A DNA stretch of 63,554 nucleotides, filler included, from Reclinomonas americana ATCC 50394 (lineage: Eukaryota), in assembly GCA_048213135.1 (NCBI GenBank). It is 15 parts of 15 records of this genome, joined end to end, with 100 filler letters (N's around TTAATTAATTAA, not from the genome) between each part and the next. Parts side by side here need not be neighbours in the genome. Positions count along the whole stretch, not along the records: positions 25,607 to 32,885 come from AFZH01024259.1; positions 32,986 to 34,711 come from AFZH01024260.1; positions 34,812 to 43,156 come from AFZH01024261.1; 12 more parts are not named here. One strand, written 5' to 3'. Made by a program: the position numbers and the translations under genes. The notes under the pieces were generated by a model that saw only the letters and a list, made by a program, of their open reading frames with translations, was not told the origin of the DNA and did no database searches. This document shows positions 27,647-40,800 of this stretch, piece by piece (position 1 is the first letter of the stretch; every line of letters begins with the position of its first letter).

Positions 27647-30600
27647 TGCGCACGCACGCGAGGCAATCGCACCTTCACGTTTGCGTCGTGGTGGACGGTG
27701 TTCACGCCACCTTCGTCGCCGCTGCTGCACCGGCCACTGTTGCCGTGTCAGCGGTGTGCACAACCAGCTGCATGGGCGAGCCCGAGTTGGTGATGGCGCC
27801 TGCCTGAGTCAGTGAGTGAGAAGGAGGTCGGAAAAAATGACGAAGTCTTTTCCCGCAGCGCACAAACAGTAAAGCAAACCCCACCGCACAAAACGCCAAA
27901 GCGCGCGCAAACTCACCTTCAGTGTCGCGCTCCGTGTGCCGAGTTGATGGCAGCAGAGGAGAGCGCAGTCAACACAGACGAAGCTGGAGCTATTGTGGCG
28001 GAGAGGAGAGTGAGAAAGGGAGTGGCGGAGGAACAGGAAACATGTTCCGCGCATGTCACACATGTTGCACAGCAAGAAACACACGCGCACGCACGCACGC
28101 ACGCACGCGCCACAACGGCACACAGATGACAGCAGACCACAGAGTGGGGCACGCAGAGAGACAAGAGCACGAGCAAGAGGCACTCACTTGGGAGAAAGTT
28201 GTCGGCGAGACAACCATCCGAGGGTGGCTGTGATGCCGAGCCTGCCTGGCAACAAAAGCAGTGAAACCCTCATGCGCACATGAGAGTGGAGGCCATGGCG
28301 CCGCTGATAGCAACCGAGAGAAGATGAGGCAACCTCCGCTCTCGCAGACAAATGAAGAAATGTGTGTGAGAAGATATCCGACGAAACGGAACGTGAGTGC
28401 GGGAGATGCCACCACCTCCGCCGCGGCCGTCGATGCTGCCTGCTGCGCAGTTGACTGGAGTGAGTGGCATTGATGGTGGGCACACGCAGCGTCAAGGCCG
28501 CAGCGGCGTGGAGGCGTGACGGCAGACATCTCAGTGCGGAGTATTGACCCGGACATGCAGACAGACAGACTCTGCGTGTGTGTGCGCGTGCCGCGTGTGC
28601 ACTGCAGTGCCTGGCGCTGTCGACTGTGCACTCCAGTTGTGTGCAACACACGCAGTCCGCGTGCAAGGCCAGGCAAGGTGATGGCGCTTGACAGGAGACA
28701 GAATACGACAATCGAACATGAGCGACACGGACGACTTGACACAGCGCTTGTGCGTGCTGCTCGTGGTCGCCAGTGAGCGCGCGACGATCAGTGTGACGAG
28801 CGCGACAATGCGTCGAACACCCTCACTGCGGCGGCGTGCAACATTGACACAGACAGCGTACAGCGCAAGAACACATGTTCAATCAGACACCAGAACGAGA
28901 TACCGCCACTCCCACTCAGACGCAAAGTCTGTCGCAGAGGCACAGCTTGTGCGCACTCAACGCCACCGAGTAGGATGACTGCCCACCCATGGTTTCCCAG
29001 CGAAACACACTGCAGAGCACCACGGTGGAACGCACACGCCCATCAGCGCGAAAATCAGACCCTTCGCAGACACGCACTCGTCGAGGAAAACACGAAACCC
29101 TTGAAGCGTGCTGTGCAGTCTTGGGGAACACAGTCTGGCCTACAAGGTGCACCATGTTGGAACGCAAGAACACGAAAGATGCGTGTGCAGTCGCGCAAAC
29201 ACTGCAAATCATGTGTTTGCGATGCCCAGCACGTGGGTTGCGTGCGCGACGGTGGGACTTGCGGTCAACATCAGTGCATATGCATACCTCAACACCTCCG
29301 GCTGTTGGTGGAGTGCAGTGCACACAGAGGCGGGCCACAGCAGACATCAGGAAACAGTGTCCACTGGGAACAAAACGCACCGTTGCGTGCACGCCCCGAA
29401 AAAACACGTTGCTCCACTGCGAAACATGTTGACACACCCTCTGGCGCACAGAGCGCAGTGTCAGCGCACTGTGGCGTGGCGGTGGCGCCTCGGCAACACG
29501 CAAAACTTGACTGTCCTCCGACTTCGGGCAACTTCCAGCTGCGTCCTAAAAGCCCTAGCTCACTACCAAGATGTTTTCTTGAGCCACGGTGAGCGGTCAT
29601 CAGTAGCCAAGGGTGTGCTCTCTCGGCTAGTTAGCTCAAAATGCTTAACGGACCACGCAGAAACGCACACTTCGCAAACAAAAAATCTTTCGGAAAATCA
29701 ACTCGAAGTCCATGCACTTGTCAAGCTGCTTGCCCTCAAAATCAGCTCTGTTCGTTTTCTGCTCGTTGGAAGGTCCGAGAAACTTTCTGTTAGGTGCCAT
29801 GCACACTTTTCCTTCGTCTGGCTTCGCTTGGCTCGAGTTGGCCGGTCTCCCAGAGGCCTGGGCTGCCCTCCGAAGTCGTCGTCGGCCTCCATAGCCGTCG
29901 CAGTTCACCATCCACGCCGTCGATCAGCCGTTGGATGAGCGATCGCACTGTGCAAGACACGCAGCGGCACGACCAGCGCGCGTTCGTGCACCGGCAGCAC
30001 AGTGACTCTCCTCTCGCTTCACCGTGTGGTTTCGTGTGCAAGTGAGTGTGTGCGATGTGGCAACGCTCTCACTGGCACTGGTGCTAGTGCTGCTCCACGC
30101 ACGCTCGATCGCTTTTGAGTGGGGCGCTCATCCAGGCAACCCGTGTCTATCCCACGGCACGGCGCTGCACGATCGCCTGCGTGCGCGTGACGAAGGCCCA
30201 CCGCGTGTGTTTGTCTGTGTGTGTGCACTGCGAACTGCCTCGCCGAGTCGATACCGCTGCAGCGCAATACCGCTGACAGTCGCCAGTGGGGTAGGGTAGA
30301 GAGTGAGCGGCGTGGTGGCGCGCGTGAGTGATCACTGGTCGTCGCTTGGTGTCACACACGAGAGCCGTCGATTTTTCCGATCGGCAGTGGCGCGATCACT
30401 CGCGCAGCGAGTGTGATCATGGTGGAGTGTTCTCACCACCACCACCACGACAAGCAAGGGAGCGAGTGGGAAGCTGTCAACAGCTTGCAGAACGCGCACA
30501 AGCCGCTGCAAGCGAGTGTGATCAACTTGACGAGTTTCCACCCGGCCGACTGATCCTTCACAGCTCTTCGTTGATAGCAAGCCGAGCGGTGACGCATCGA

Positions 30601-30957
30601 GTGCTGGTATCCTTCGCAGCATGCGACAGGAGCCGTGTTAACTCTGCCACACACTGCAATGCCGCTGCGTCACGCACACACAGATGCGTGACGCGTGCGC
30701 ATCGGAACAATGTCAATAGCGCTGTGCTTGACACACACGGTGCATCTGTGTGTGTGTTGGTGCGTTCACACGTGTGGCTGTGTGTATCTATGTGCACGCT
30801 TGCGCGTGCGCGTGTATGAGTGCGTGTGTGTGAGTATGCAACTCACGACATGGCTGGTTTTGTTGGCTTCACCCACGCAGTGATGCAAGCCTTGTTTGTG
30901 CCACATCGCCACCGTGCGTTCCTCACTTGGCGGCAGTATCTCGTGGAGCGAGTTGTG

Positions 30958-31007
<50 letters not shown>

Positions 31008-32885
31008 GTTTGTATGTGTGTGCATTTGTGCAAGCATGTACGTGTGCACGTGTGCAGAGGTTTGCATGTGTGTGTGCATGTGTGTGTTGACGTGCATGTT
31101 TGTGCATCAGACTCCACCGTCGACATCGACCTCGCACACCATCGGTGCTCCAGGGTTGTTCCAAGGCACTCCAGACTGGGGTGTCCCGTTCCAACGCGTG
31201 ACCCAGGGCTCACTGGAACCACATGTCCGGCTCCATCCGTGTGCCCTGGAACTGCTGGGTCGCGTGTTCGGTTCCAGAGGCACTTGGAAACCGAGTGGGC
31301 AGACAGTGGAGCAACTTTTTTTTGTCGCCAATCGTGGTTTTCTCGTTGGGTACTGTGTGGCGACACTCTCCAGTGCACAGTGATGCCAAGGAAACGAGTG
31401 TACGCACTCAGGAACGATGTTTTTCTGAACATGGGATATATTCTGGATTGGACTGGGTCGGCAATTCCAGCGGTTGGATCCTGGAACCGCTGGGTCAGTC
31501 GAACACACTCCTACCAGGGTTGATCGCTGCATGAGTGTAATTCTTTTGTTGATTTTTTCAGTCCTCGGCCGCAAAGGACGGCGAGGAGGAGAAGAAAGCG
31601 AGTGCTGCAACTGCCCTTGGGAAACGAGCGGTGAGTTGGGTCGTGGTACGCGTGCTGACACTAGAATTCTATAGCTAATCTGCTTTTAATCTTGAAATAG
31701 ATGGGCAAGCTGAGTCTCGGGAGAGTTAGCCACGCAGATAGGAAACGCCTCGTCTTCTTCTCGGTGATGGCGCTGCATCTGCTTCGCTTAATTATCGCCA
31801 TCATTACCACCCACGGTCGGGTGGAAGAGGTTGATATCGACATTTTTGTCTGTTTTTTTCAATTTGTTCGGTTACTCATGTGCACACACACACACACACA
31901 CAACGCAGGGGCAAGTGACTATCGACATTAGTGTCGCTAACGACGTGTTCCAGGCCAACACCATCGCTGGCTTGCTGAAGAAGATGTCTGCGCGTCAAAT
32001 GATGCATGTTCTCGATGAGTCTTGCTTTCGGCCTTTCTTCGAGTCACACACTTTCCGCGCGTTCCTGGACAACATTCTGTGTGATGAGAATAGCAGCAGG
32101 CAGCATTTTGTTGCTTTCAATTGGAAGACGAGGTGAGAACGATACTGGCAACTGCAATTTTTGATTCATTTTGCGTAAATTAAATATTCTCCGCACGCAG
32201 CGACGGCAAGGAGAGCGTTGTTTACATGCCACCAGACATCGCACGGAGAAACGAGGTTATCAAGCAGATTCTTAATGCGTATGCGGTTAGTAGGCGCGGC
32301 GATTTTTTCTCTTTTCATGTCTATTTTTAGTACTAGTCACAATTTTGGTTTTTTTTGCACCAGTCACATGCTACCGCGGCTCGAACCAAGGGAGGAGTGT
32401 GCGTAGCGTTCATCCGTGTCTTGCGTGCTGCGCGTGCGTTCATCCTTACATGTTGATCAATGTTTTTCGTTTTTTCGTTTGTGTGAAGTGCTGGAATCTA
32501 CCAATATCGCCGAAAGGTGGCCGAGGCAATGGTCGACATGCCGGTCAACGCTCGCGAAGCATCTGGGTTTCAGCTGCAGTTTGACAAGTCGGGCGCCGTG
32601 ACGAGCGCCATGTGGGTTGCATCTGCGAATCTGCAGGAATTTCCGGGCCACCGTAACCCACTGCATCTTTCCTCCCTCCTCTCTCTCTCTCTCTGCGCAG
32701 CCTCCTCCCGTATTCATTTCGGCTGGATGTGAGCGAAAAGGCTGCACTCTTGACATCATTGTCAGACAGCGATCCCCTGTTGCGCTTATCGGCGGACATT
32801 CCTTCGTCGTCGTTCTCCTGGATGGATTCAGAGCAGCTGGAGGATGTCGATGCTGCAGAAGCAAGCCACTTCTTCGAGGAGATAA
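25607..32885 (+). CDS. Hypothetical multi-exon gene whose intron hosts the transposon (both ends truncated)
   Basis: Exon ..VRVEVPK|gt (26487) joins in frame to ag|SSAAKDGEEEKKA.. (31562). Further exons run to 32885; introns are comparatively AT-rich. Confidence 0.65.
26540..26935. repeat. Left subterminal array of TCCA motifs
   Basis: TCCA starts at 26677, 26688, 26697, 26709, 26718, 26764, 26775, 26785, 26797, 26808, 26819, 26842, 26865, 26876, 26888, 26899, 26911, 26922. Confidence 0.85.
31110..31500. repeat. Right subterminal array of TCCA/TGGA motifs with a hairpin
   Basis: GTGCTCCAGGGT(C/T)GTTCCA is shared with the left array, motifs occur in mixed orientation, and a 9-bp stem CCAGCGGTT/AACCGCTGG lies at 31467-31493. 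Confidence 0.75.
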
Positions 32886-33017
32886 NNNNNNNNNNNNNNN
32901 NNNNNNNNNNNNNNNNNNNNNNNNNNNNNTTAATTAATTAANNNNNNNNNNNNNNNNNNNNNNNNNNNNNNNNNNNNNNNNNNNNACGTAACTGTTCAGT
33001 ACACTCGCACACACACA

Positions 33018-33066
<49 letters not shown>

Positions 33067-33299
33067 CGAGAGACATCAGAGGGGGGTTGGGACATGGCAC
33101 GCTCGAAATGTCTTCAAACTTTCTCGTTCTTTGTCGTTGCTCTCTCTCTCTCTCTCTGTCTCACGCACACACTCCCACACAACCTGTCAGGAGTGATGAA
33201 CTGTTTGAATCAAGAGGGGCACACACATGCACACACAACAGAGAACGCAAGCGCGCACAAAGAAATGGGTGAAAAGATACGCGCACATGCACTGGGAGA

Positions 33300-34711
33300 C
33301 ATGCAGCAGGAGAAGTCAGAGCACGCCATGGCCAGCTGCTGCAGCCTCGTAAGGCCTTGTGCTTGGCGGCTGAAATCTGGATTTGTTTGCCTTGTTTGTG
33401 ACAAATGAGGGACAAATGACTTACGAACTTCACCCCGCGATCGTCGCAGGTCTTGGAGCGGTGCTTTACTTGCACCAACTATTGTGCAAAGGCAGTGCAC
33501 AAGGTGACCAAGTTGCTCGCAGCCAAGGCTGTGTTCTCGCAATTGAAGAGCGAGGAGAAGCGTATGTCGCACGGTGTTTTTTTATCTATTTGCCTCGTTT
33601 GTTCTCACTCTCACTCCACCGTCGACTTTTGTGCCTTCACCAGCGATCTGGAGTGCTGCCACGGGTGCCACCGACCAGCTTGTTGTGTCCCTACGCAAGC
33701 ATATCAACGGTACGGACAGCGGTGCGCCGCCGCAGGCTGGGGCCGCTGCTGCTGCGCGAGAACCACAATGCACACCAGACAACATCGACGATGCGTTGGC
33801 TCAGTTTCGCACGACGTTGGTCGGACTCGGTGAGCTCATGCATGAGGAGGGGAGAGTGTAGTCGACGTGGCAGTCTCAATCTCTGATTCTTACTCTCACT
33901 CTCCACACGCCTGCAGGTTCTGGGCGATGCGGAGTGTTCAGCGTCCTCAGTGGCAACCGCACTGCAGCTGCTTCGCGATCATTCTCAGCGGGCGACCAAG
34001 CAGAGCGAGGTGTGTTGTTTTTTCCCCCCCTCCTGATCAGTGCGCGTTCTTGAATTCATGAACTCTTACCCTGTGTAGATGCACTACTGCGAAACGCACA
34101 GCGAAATGCTCTCTTCCTCGCTTTCGCTGTCTGCTACGTAGATGGTGGCGTCGACGACGGCGACGACGAGCTCGATCACGAGGCCGCGATTGGACAATTC
34201 TTGCGTGCAATCCCCGGCATCGCGGAGCATGCTAGAGTACGCAAAGCAGTGGCGGCTTTCACACGCGCTCACAACTCGTTTCGTCTTCTCTTGGACGTGA
34301 TAGGCGATGCATTGTTGGTTCAGACTGGTGCGTTGTGCCTTGCATTTTGATTTTCTGCTCATACTCTGATCTCACACTCCGCGCACAGAGTTTGGGCGAC
34401 CGCGTATTCAACGGCTCCCCGCCGCCAATTTCGCAACAGAGGCCAAACGCATGCAGACTGCGTTGGTGGCCATCACTGACCGCCTTTTTCGCGCCCTCGA
34501 CAGCGTAAGTTGCGTGATCGATCCACGACAACCACCCGGGGCCCGCTGCGGGAATGTCATGGCTCATTTTGCCGCTCGTGCAGAGAATGAGGATCGCACT
34601 CTCTCCGGTGCCATGTTCCCGAAGGAGAAGAACGAGACGACCCCCGCTCCTGCGCCTACCAAGAGCAAGGCACGACCAACTAAGGCTCCCGGCCGGCCGG
34701 CCCCGGTCGGC
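33300..34711 (+). CDS. Hypothetical helical protein (multi-exon, truncated)
   Basis: Chainable GT-AG exons (..DALAQFRTTLVGLGELM.., ..IGQFLRAIPGIAEHARVRKAVAAF..). No family recognised. Confidence 0.5.
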
Positions 34712-34811
34712 NNNNNNNNNNNNNNNNNNNNNNNNNNNNNNNNNNNNNNNNNNNNTTAATTAATTAANNNNNNNNNNNNNNNNNNNNNNNNNNNNNNNNN
34801 NNNNNNNNNNN

Positions 34812-37800
34812 CGTCACCGTCACACCCGTCGCCACAGTCGGTGCAGTCGACGACGGCGTCGTGCAGCTCGCCGCAATAATCACCGCCGACGCATCATATG
34901 CCGCCCCAAGACTACTCGACAGCAGCGTCACAAATCCCGCTCCACTCAGCGACACCGTCTGTCCCGTTCGGTTGTTGATCGCAGGCACCGACAGACTCGT
35001 CACATTGGCTGTGACGCCACACACACGAAAGACAATCACACACGAGTCAGCCGACACTGCTCCACCACTCACATCCACATCCACCACACACACATATGCA
35101 CTCCCTCTCCCACTACCACTCACCAACTCCAAGGCTCCCAACTTGCGTGTACTGCGCAAACGCGGCATTGCTCCATCGCACACACAGCACATACGATCCC
35201 GCCGCCACACTGCTCGCATTCACCGAGAGCACCATGCTCGTCGGCGGCGTCGACGACGACACACTGATCACGGCAGTCGTTGCTGCCGCCGCACAACTCG
35301 TCGAAATCACAAACGCCGCCGTGTCGCCGCTCACATTCACCAACGAGCTTCCCGTCAACGCAATCGTCTGGCTCGGTGTCGTCACCGTGAATACGGCTCG
35401 AGGAACCTGAGTTGACCACGTGGCTGTGCGTGCACACAAGCAGTGTCAATCAATCAGTCACTCACTCACTCGCCCCACCAAGCTCCTTCCCAAAATACTC
35501 ACCAACATTCAGAGTCGCCGCTGACCCACTCGCCGTTGTGTATGCACTCGTCGCCAGCCACCGCACACACACCGTGTACGCCCCGGCTGCAGTCGCGCTG
35601 GCGTCAATCGTCAGTGTGATCAGAGTGTCCACCGTCCGCACGCTCGTCATCGTCACCACACTCGACGGCGTGCCAGTGCACGTTCCCGACGACAGCACAA
35701 ACGCCAGCGGATCGGTGCTCACGTCTGGCATCGCAGTGCCGCTGATTTGGATCGTTCGCCCAGACAGCGCGGCCATCGCAGGTGGATTGACACCACTAGC
35801 CGACGCCACCACCAGCTGTGTGACGGCCACAAGCGAATAGTTGCCAGCGCCGCCAAACTGGATGCACACTGCACAGTACCCGGCACTCACAGCCGCCGGC
35901 GTCGCACCCTGTGCCGTCACGACCAACACATTCGCTCCAGCCGTGCTCACCAGAGACTGATTCACCATCACCGGGAAGCTGCCGCCGCTCGCCGTGCACG
36001 TCATCGATCCCACCTCCAGTCGCACATTGTCCGACATGCTCAGCGCACGCCCAGAGACAGAGAACACCGCACCCGCACCGCTGATGTTGATCACACTTGG
36101 CGCGTATCCAGTTGCCGAAGAAACTGCAAGAAGGCGAACAAATCATCAGACGGCTGACCCATCGAGAGTTCTCTCGTTCGCGTGCGTACTCACCAACAGT
36201 GAGTGTGCCACCGACTTTTACAAACGTGCTCGTTCCGTTGAACTTGCCGCACACCGAGTATGCTCTGCGCATGCACACGTGTCAGAACAAGATTCATCGC
36301 TGCCAAAGAGTCATGAAGAGCAGCAAAGACACACCCGCTGCTCATGATTGTGTTGGCGGCAGCTGTGCTCGCCACTACAGTTCGCGCGCCAGCGACGCCA
36401 CCAATACTCGCCGCAGTCACCAACGGAATCGTTCCACCAGTACCCGGACACACCGCTCCCGATTGCAGACTGAACACGTCTGTCGTCGCCAATGCCAGTC
36501 CAGTGATCGTCACCTGCGCACCAGCAAACTGCGCGAGAATCGACGACGGCGAGAACGACGTGCCGCTTCCCACTGCATTGCAAAAAAACATATGCATGAG
36601 AGGGGAATAAGGTCTACGCACGCAGAGCCACCACCGCCGCACTCACCGACACTCAGTTGAGTCGCGCCAACAGTCGTGAATGTTGCAGTGCCAGTGAACT
36701 GGATGCACACCGCATACAGTCCCACCGTAGTCAACGTCGACACAGCTGCCGGCTGCACTGCTAGCGTGCGTGCTCCCGCTACGCCAGCGTACGTTGGCGA
36801 TGACAACCCAATGCCGCCGCCACCCGACGCACACGTCGTCACGCCGAGTTGCAGCTGCACAGCATCGGTGGCCAGCAACCCAGGTCCGGTCACTGTCACT
36901 TGCTGTGATGTTGACTCGGCAAGAATCGTCGCAGGTGTGAAGCCAGTCGTCGACGGCACTGTGTGAAGAATGCACAGTCACAACCACACAATGTTTTGCG
37001 TGCCGACACACCAAAAAAAAACATACCAGCAGCCAGCTGCGTGACGCCGACACGGACAAATGATCCTCCACCACCATACTGGATGCTGCGTTTGAAGGAA
37101 AAGGGAGAGAAAGATCAGCATGAAAGCGCTTCGTACTCCAATACACACAATACACCCACCACACAGCATACACATCCGTCGGTGCAGTTGTCACAGCCGG
37201 AACCGATGCAGTCAGCGTCCACGCTCCTGCGGATCCCGTCCGCGAAGGCGAAGACGACACCAGGTTGCCGCCACCAGAGCACACTGTTCCCGATTGGATT
37301 CGAATCTTGTCGCTGGTGCGCAACCCCAGACCCGATATCGTGATCACCTGTCCAATGGTTTCCGCCAGAATCGACGCCGGCAGGAACGATGTCGCATTCG
37401 CCACTGCACCGCACTCGCAAGTTAATCGATTGCTTCCACAGAATTCTCTCTGATTCACACACACACGCACACACGCACTCACCTCCTGTGAGTTGTGACG
37501 CAGATACTTGCACCCACGTGCCCGTGTTGGAGACGTACTCCACACACACAGCAAACGTGTCGGGACTCGCTGACGGCAACGCGAGACCCGTGCCGCCCAC
37601 GGTTGCCACAATTTCCGTCAGAATCACCGAGTTGAGCGTCGCCGCAATCGTCTGACCCGATCCAGTACAATTGCTGCCCGGCATGAACATCACTTGATTG
37701 ATCGACAGCGTCGAGAGGCCGGCGCCAGTGATCGTCACTTTCTCCGTCGGCACCTCGGCCATGATTGATGATGGACTGAAGGCCGACACCGTTGCTGCAC

Positions 37801-40800
37801 CGCCACGAAACACACTGTCAGCTCAGACACTCATGCGTGGCGAAAACAAGGGATCGACAAAAATGAACGAAACGGACGAGCAGCTGGGTCGAGCCGACCT
37901 TGAAGTACGAGCCAGTCGCAGAGAAGCGCACACACACACTGTACGCTCCACCCACCGTCACACCGCTGCCGCCAATACTCTGGTTCATGCTTGTTCCACC
38001 GCCACTTGTGCCACCAGACAGAGTCACGGAGCCCATCGCAGTACCAGCCGGCGTGCACGTTGTGTTCGGCTCGAGTAGAATTGAAGTGGTGGCGGCCGTG
38101 AGGAACAGACCGGTAATAGTAACTCTCTCGCCACTTACTGACGACCGAATCATGGCGCTGCCGTTTGCTCCACCGAATGCTGTTGCGTTGCCTGCGAAAG
38201 TGAAGTAAAAATTTGAGACTGATCGGCACTCGTCAACCCACAAATATCTGCTAAATGTACCAATCTGGATGCCAATGGCATCAATGTACGACTGCGCCGC
38301 GCTCCAGCGCACACACACTCGCTGTGCGCCGACCGCACTCGCACCCGACGCATCGACTGTCATGGTGATACTCGTGCTGCTCACGGTCGTGATTGCTGTC
38401 ACAGGGGCCACCGCAGACACGGTTGAGCAGTTGGCCGAGATCACCACGCCAGCCGCATCGAGAGTCGGGAATGCAATGCCAGTCAGAGCCAGAGACCGAC
38501 CAGTCAGTGGCTCCAGCGTGGCTGGCGTTGTCGATGTCACTTGGACTGTGCGACGGTATCAAGCGTGAGGTAATCTTCACTCACAGCTCAGTGAACGGCC
38601 AGACATAGCGCACCAACGTTGATGGATATTAAGGATGCATAGTTTCCGCCGCCGGCAGTACGGCCACACAAAAAGTAGTTGCCACCAGAGCTTGTCCCAC
38701 CATTCACAGTCAATGTGGCCGTTGTGTTGCTGGTGTATGTCACCATGCTCACGCTGCTGCCAGTCACTGCAGTGGTGCACGCAGATGTGGTGCCAAGTCG
38801 AAATGCAGTCCCGACACCGGTCAGATCAATCAGACCCGCCCCGGTCGCAACAACACTTGTCGCAATCAGTTGTGCGACCGTGGGCTGGGACAGCGATGAC
38901 ACAGTGCCTGCGCCGCACCGAAATCGAGTGAGTCGGTCACACATATACGGTAAATCACAATCAAGCACGCAAACACGCACCGATGCTGAACGGAGACAGA
39001 ATCTGATTGTACGCCGCCCACGAGTCGTTGCTCAGACGCATACATACTCGGTACACGCCTCCTGGCGATGTCGACGATACCACCGTCATCGTGATTGACG
39101 CCGCCGAAATAAACGCGTTCGTTGTCGATGACCCAGCCACTGCTGTCGGCGATGCTGCACTGCAATTGGCGCTGGCGGTGATCACAAACGCCAACGTGTC
39201 GGTCGACACATCGATCAGGCCAGTGCCGCTCAGAGTTGTCGGGTACGAGGCCGAGGCGAATACACCAGTCGGATTCGAAGAAGTCACCACAGCTGCGAGG
39301 CAGGTTGAGAAAAACACTTTCTCAAAGTGCTTCATCCAACTCACTCACCGACAGCAAATGGAGGCACGGCCAGTGCAAAGTACGGTCCGGTGCTCGACCA
39401 CCGCAAGCAGATAAGGTACGCCGTGCCGGTTGGCGTCTGCGATGTGTCGCCCTGGTAAGTACACCACCAACACATTCCACTTTGTTACAATAGCAACAAA
39501 CCGCCCCCGTCGTGGTGATAAACAATCGAATCGTCGATGACGAGCTGAACGTCGTTGTCACCGTCGTTCCAGCCGCCGCGGTGGGTGTCGACGTACAGCT
39601 CGTCGTGATCACCACCGCACTCGCATCGCTCGCGATGTTTACCATACCGGCACCAGTGAGTCGCACTTCCTGCGATGCCGCTCCACGATACACCGCCTGC
39701 GGAGACACGCCCGTCGCTTGGCCTGCACATGCCACACACGTCAAATAAAGCAACACGCACACACATGACATCAACGATGGTCACACACCAATCGAGAACA
39801 CGCCGCCCGCAGAGTCAGCAGTTCCGTACGACACGGCGCTCGACCTGTTCGTCCACAAATGTCAGCGATTTGATGACCGCTGCCTGTCACTCCAGCGCCC
39901 CAAGCACGCACCATCGCACACACAGCTGGTACACACCGCCGCTGGCCGTCGACGCATTCACAGTCAGCGTGATTGTGTTGCCCACGGGCGCCGCCGACGT
40001 GATGGAGGTGCCCGACACCGCCGTGCCAGAGGCGCATGACGCCGAGATGATGAATGCGGCCGCGTCGCCGGTGAGATCACGCAAGTAAGTACCTGTCACC
40101 ACCACCGACTGCGACGCGAGTGGGGCGACAATCGCCGGCGAAAAGCCGGTGAACACGGGAATCACTGAGCGCAAGGAAGGAGGAAGGATGAGCGCCTGGG
40201 AAACAATAACACGCACGGCGTAAGAGAGTGCGCTTACCGGCAACCAGCAGCGTCGGCAGTTTCATGACAAGTGTCTGATAGAAACGAGAGAAAAATGAAT
40301 GAGATGTCTGCTACAAACAAGAGACCCACTTGCGGTTCGCAACAAACCGTGTACGTTGTCAGCTTGATGTAGTCCACTGAAGTGTCCTCGCCAATAGCGA
40401 TATCCAGCTTGTTGTTGGCATTCATTTGAGCAAGGACGTTGCCGGCAACCGTGATGGTGAACTTCTGAGACTGCGTCGCCGAGTACGATCCCTGGTTCCA
40501 GTTCTTATTGCAGCAGTTGCCGACGTATGTGTCCAAGACGACATGCTGCTCTGCAGCTCCTCCTCCGAAAACGTTGCCCGTCATATCGTCGGCGACGAAC
40601 AAGTAAATTTCGTCGTTGTCAGGAAAGTCGCCCACAGGTCTCATGACAGCCTCGATAACAGCGATGTCAACGCCAGGCGTATCAGCAATGCCAATGAAGG
40701 ATATGGCAACCACGCTGCAGAAACACAGAGTGAGAGTGGCGAATCACATCAGCGAGCAACAAGTCAAACTACAACGAACTGATTGCCAACGTCGTCATAT

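Larger units (their letters stand above)
26521..31519. mobile_element. Non-autonomous TIR DNA transposon, CMC (CACTA/EnSpm)-like, ~5.0 kb
   Basis: Perfect 11-bp TIR CCCTGGTAGGA (26521-26531) / TCCTACCAGGG (31509-31519), flanking TTG duplication (26518-26520, 31520-31522), and subterminal repeat arrays at both ends. Excision restores a 73-nt intron. Confidence 0.82.

Noticed and set aside
29617..29700. tRNA-like start GGCTAGTTAGCTCAAA
   Set aside because: No T-loop/B-box (GTTCRA) and no acceptor-stem complement downstream.
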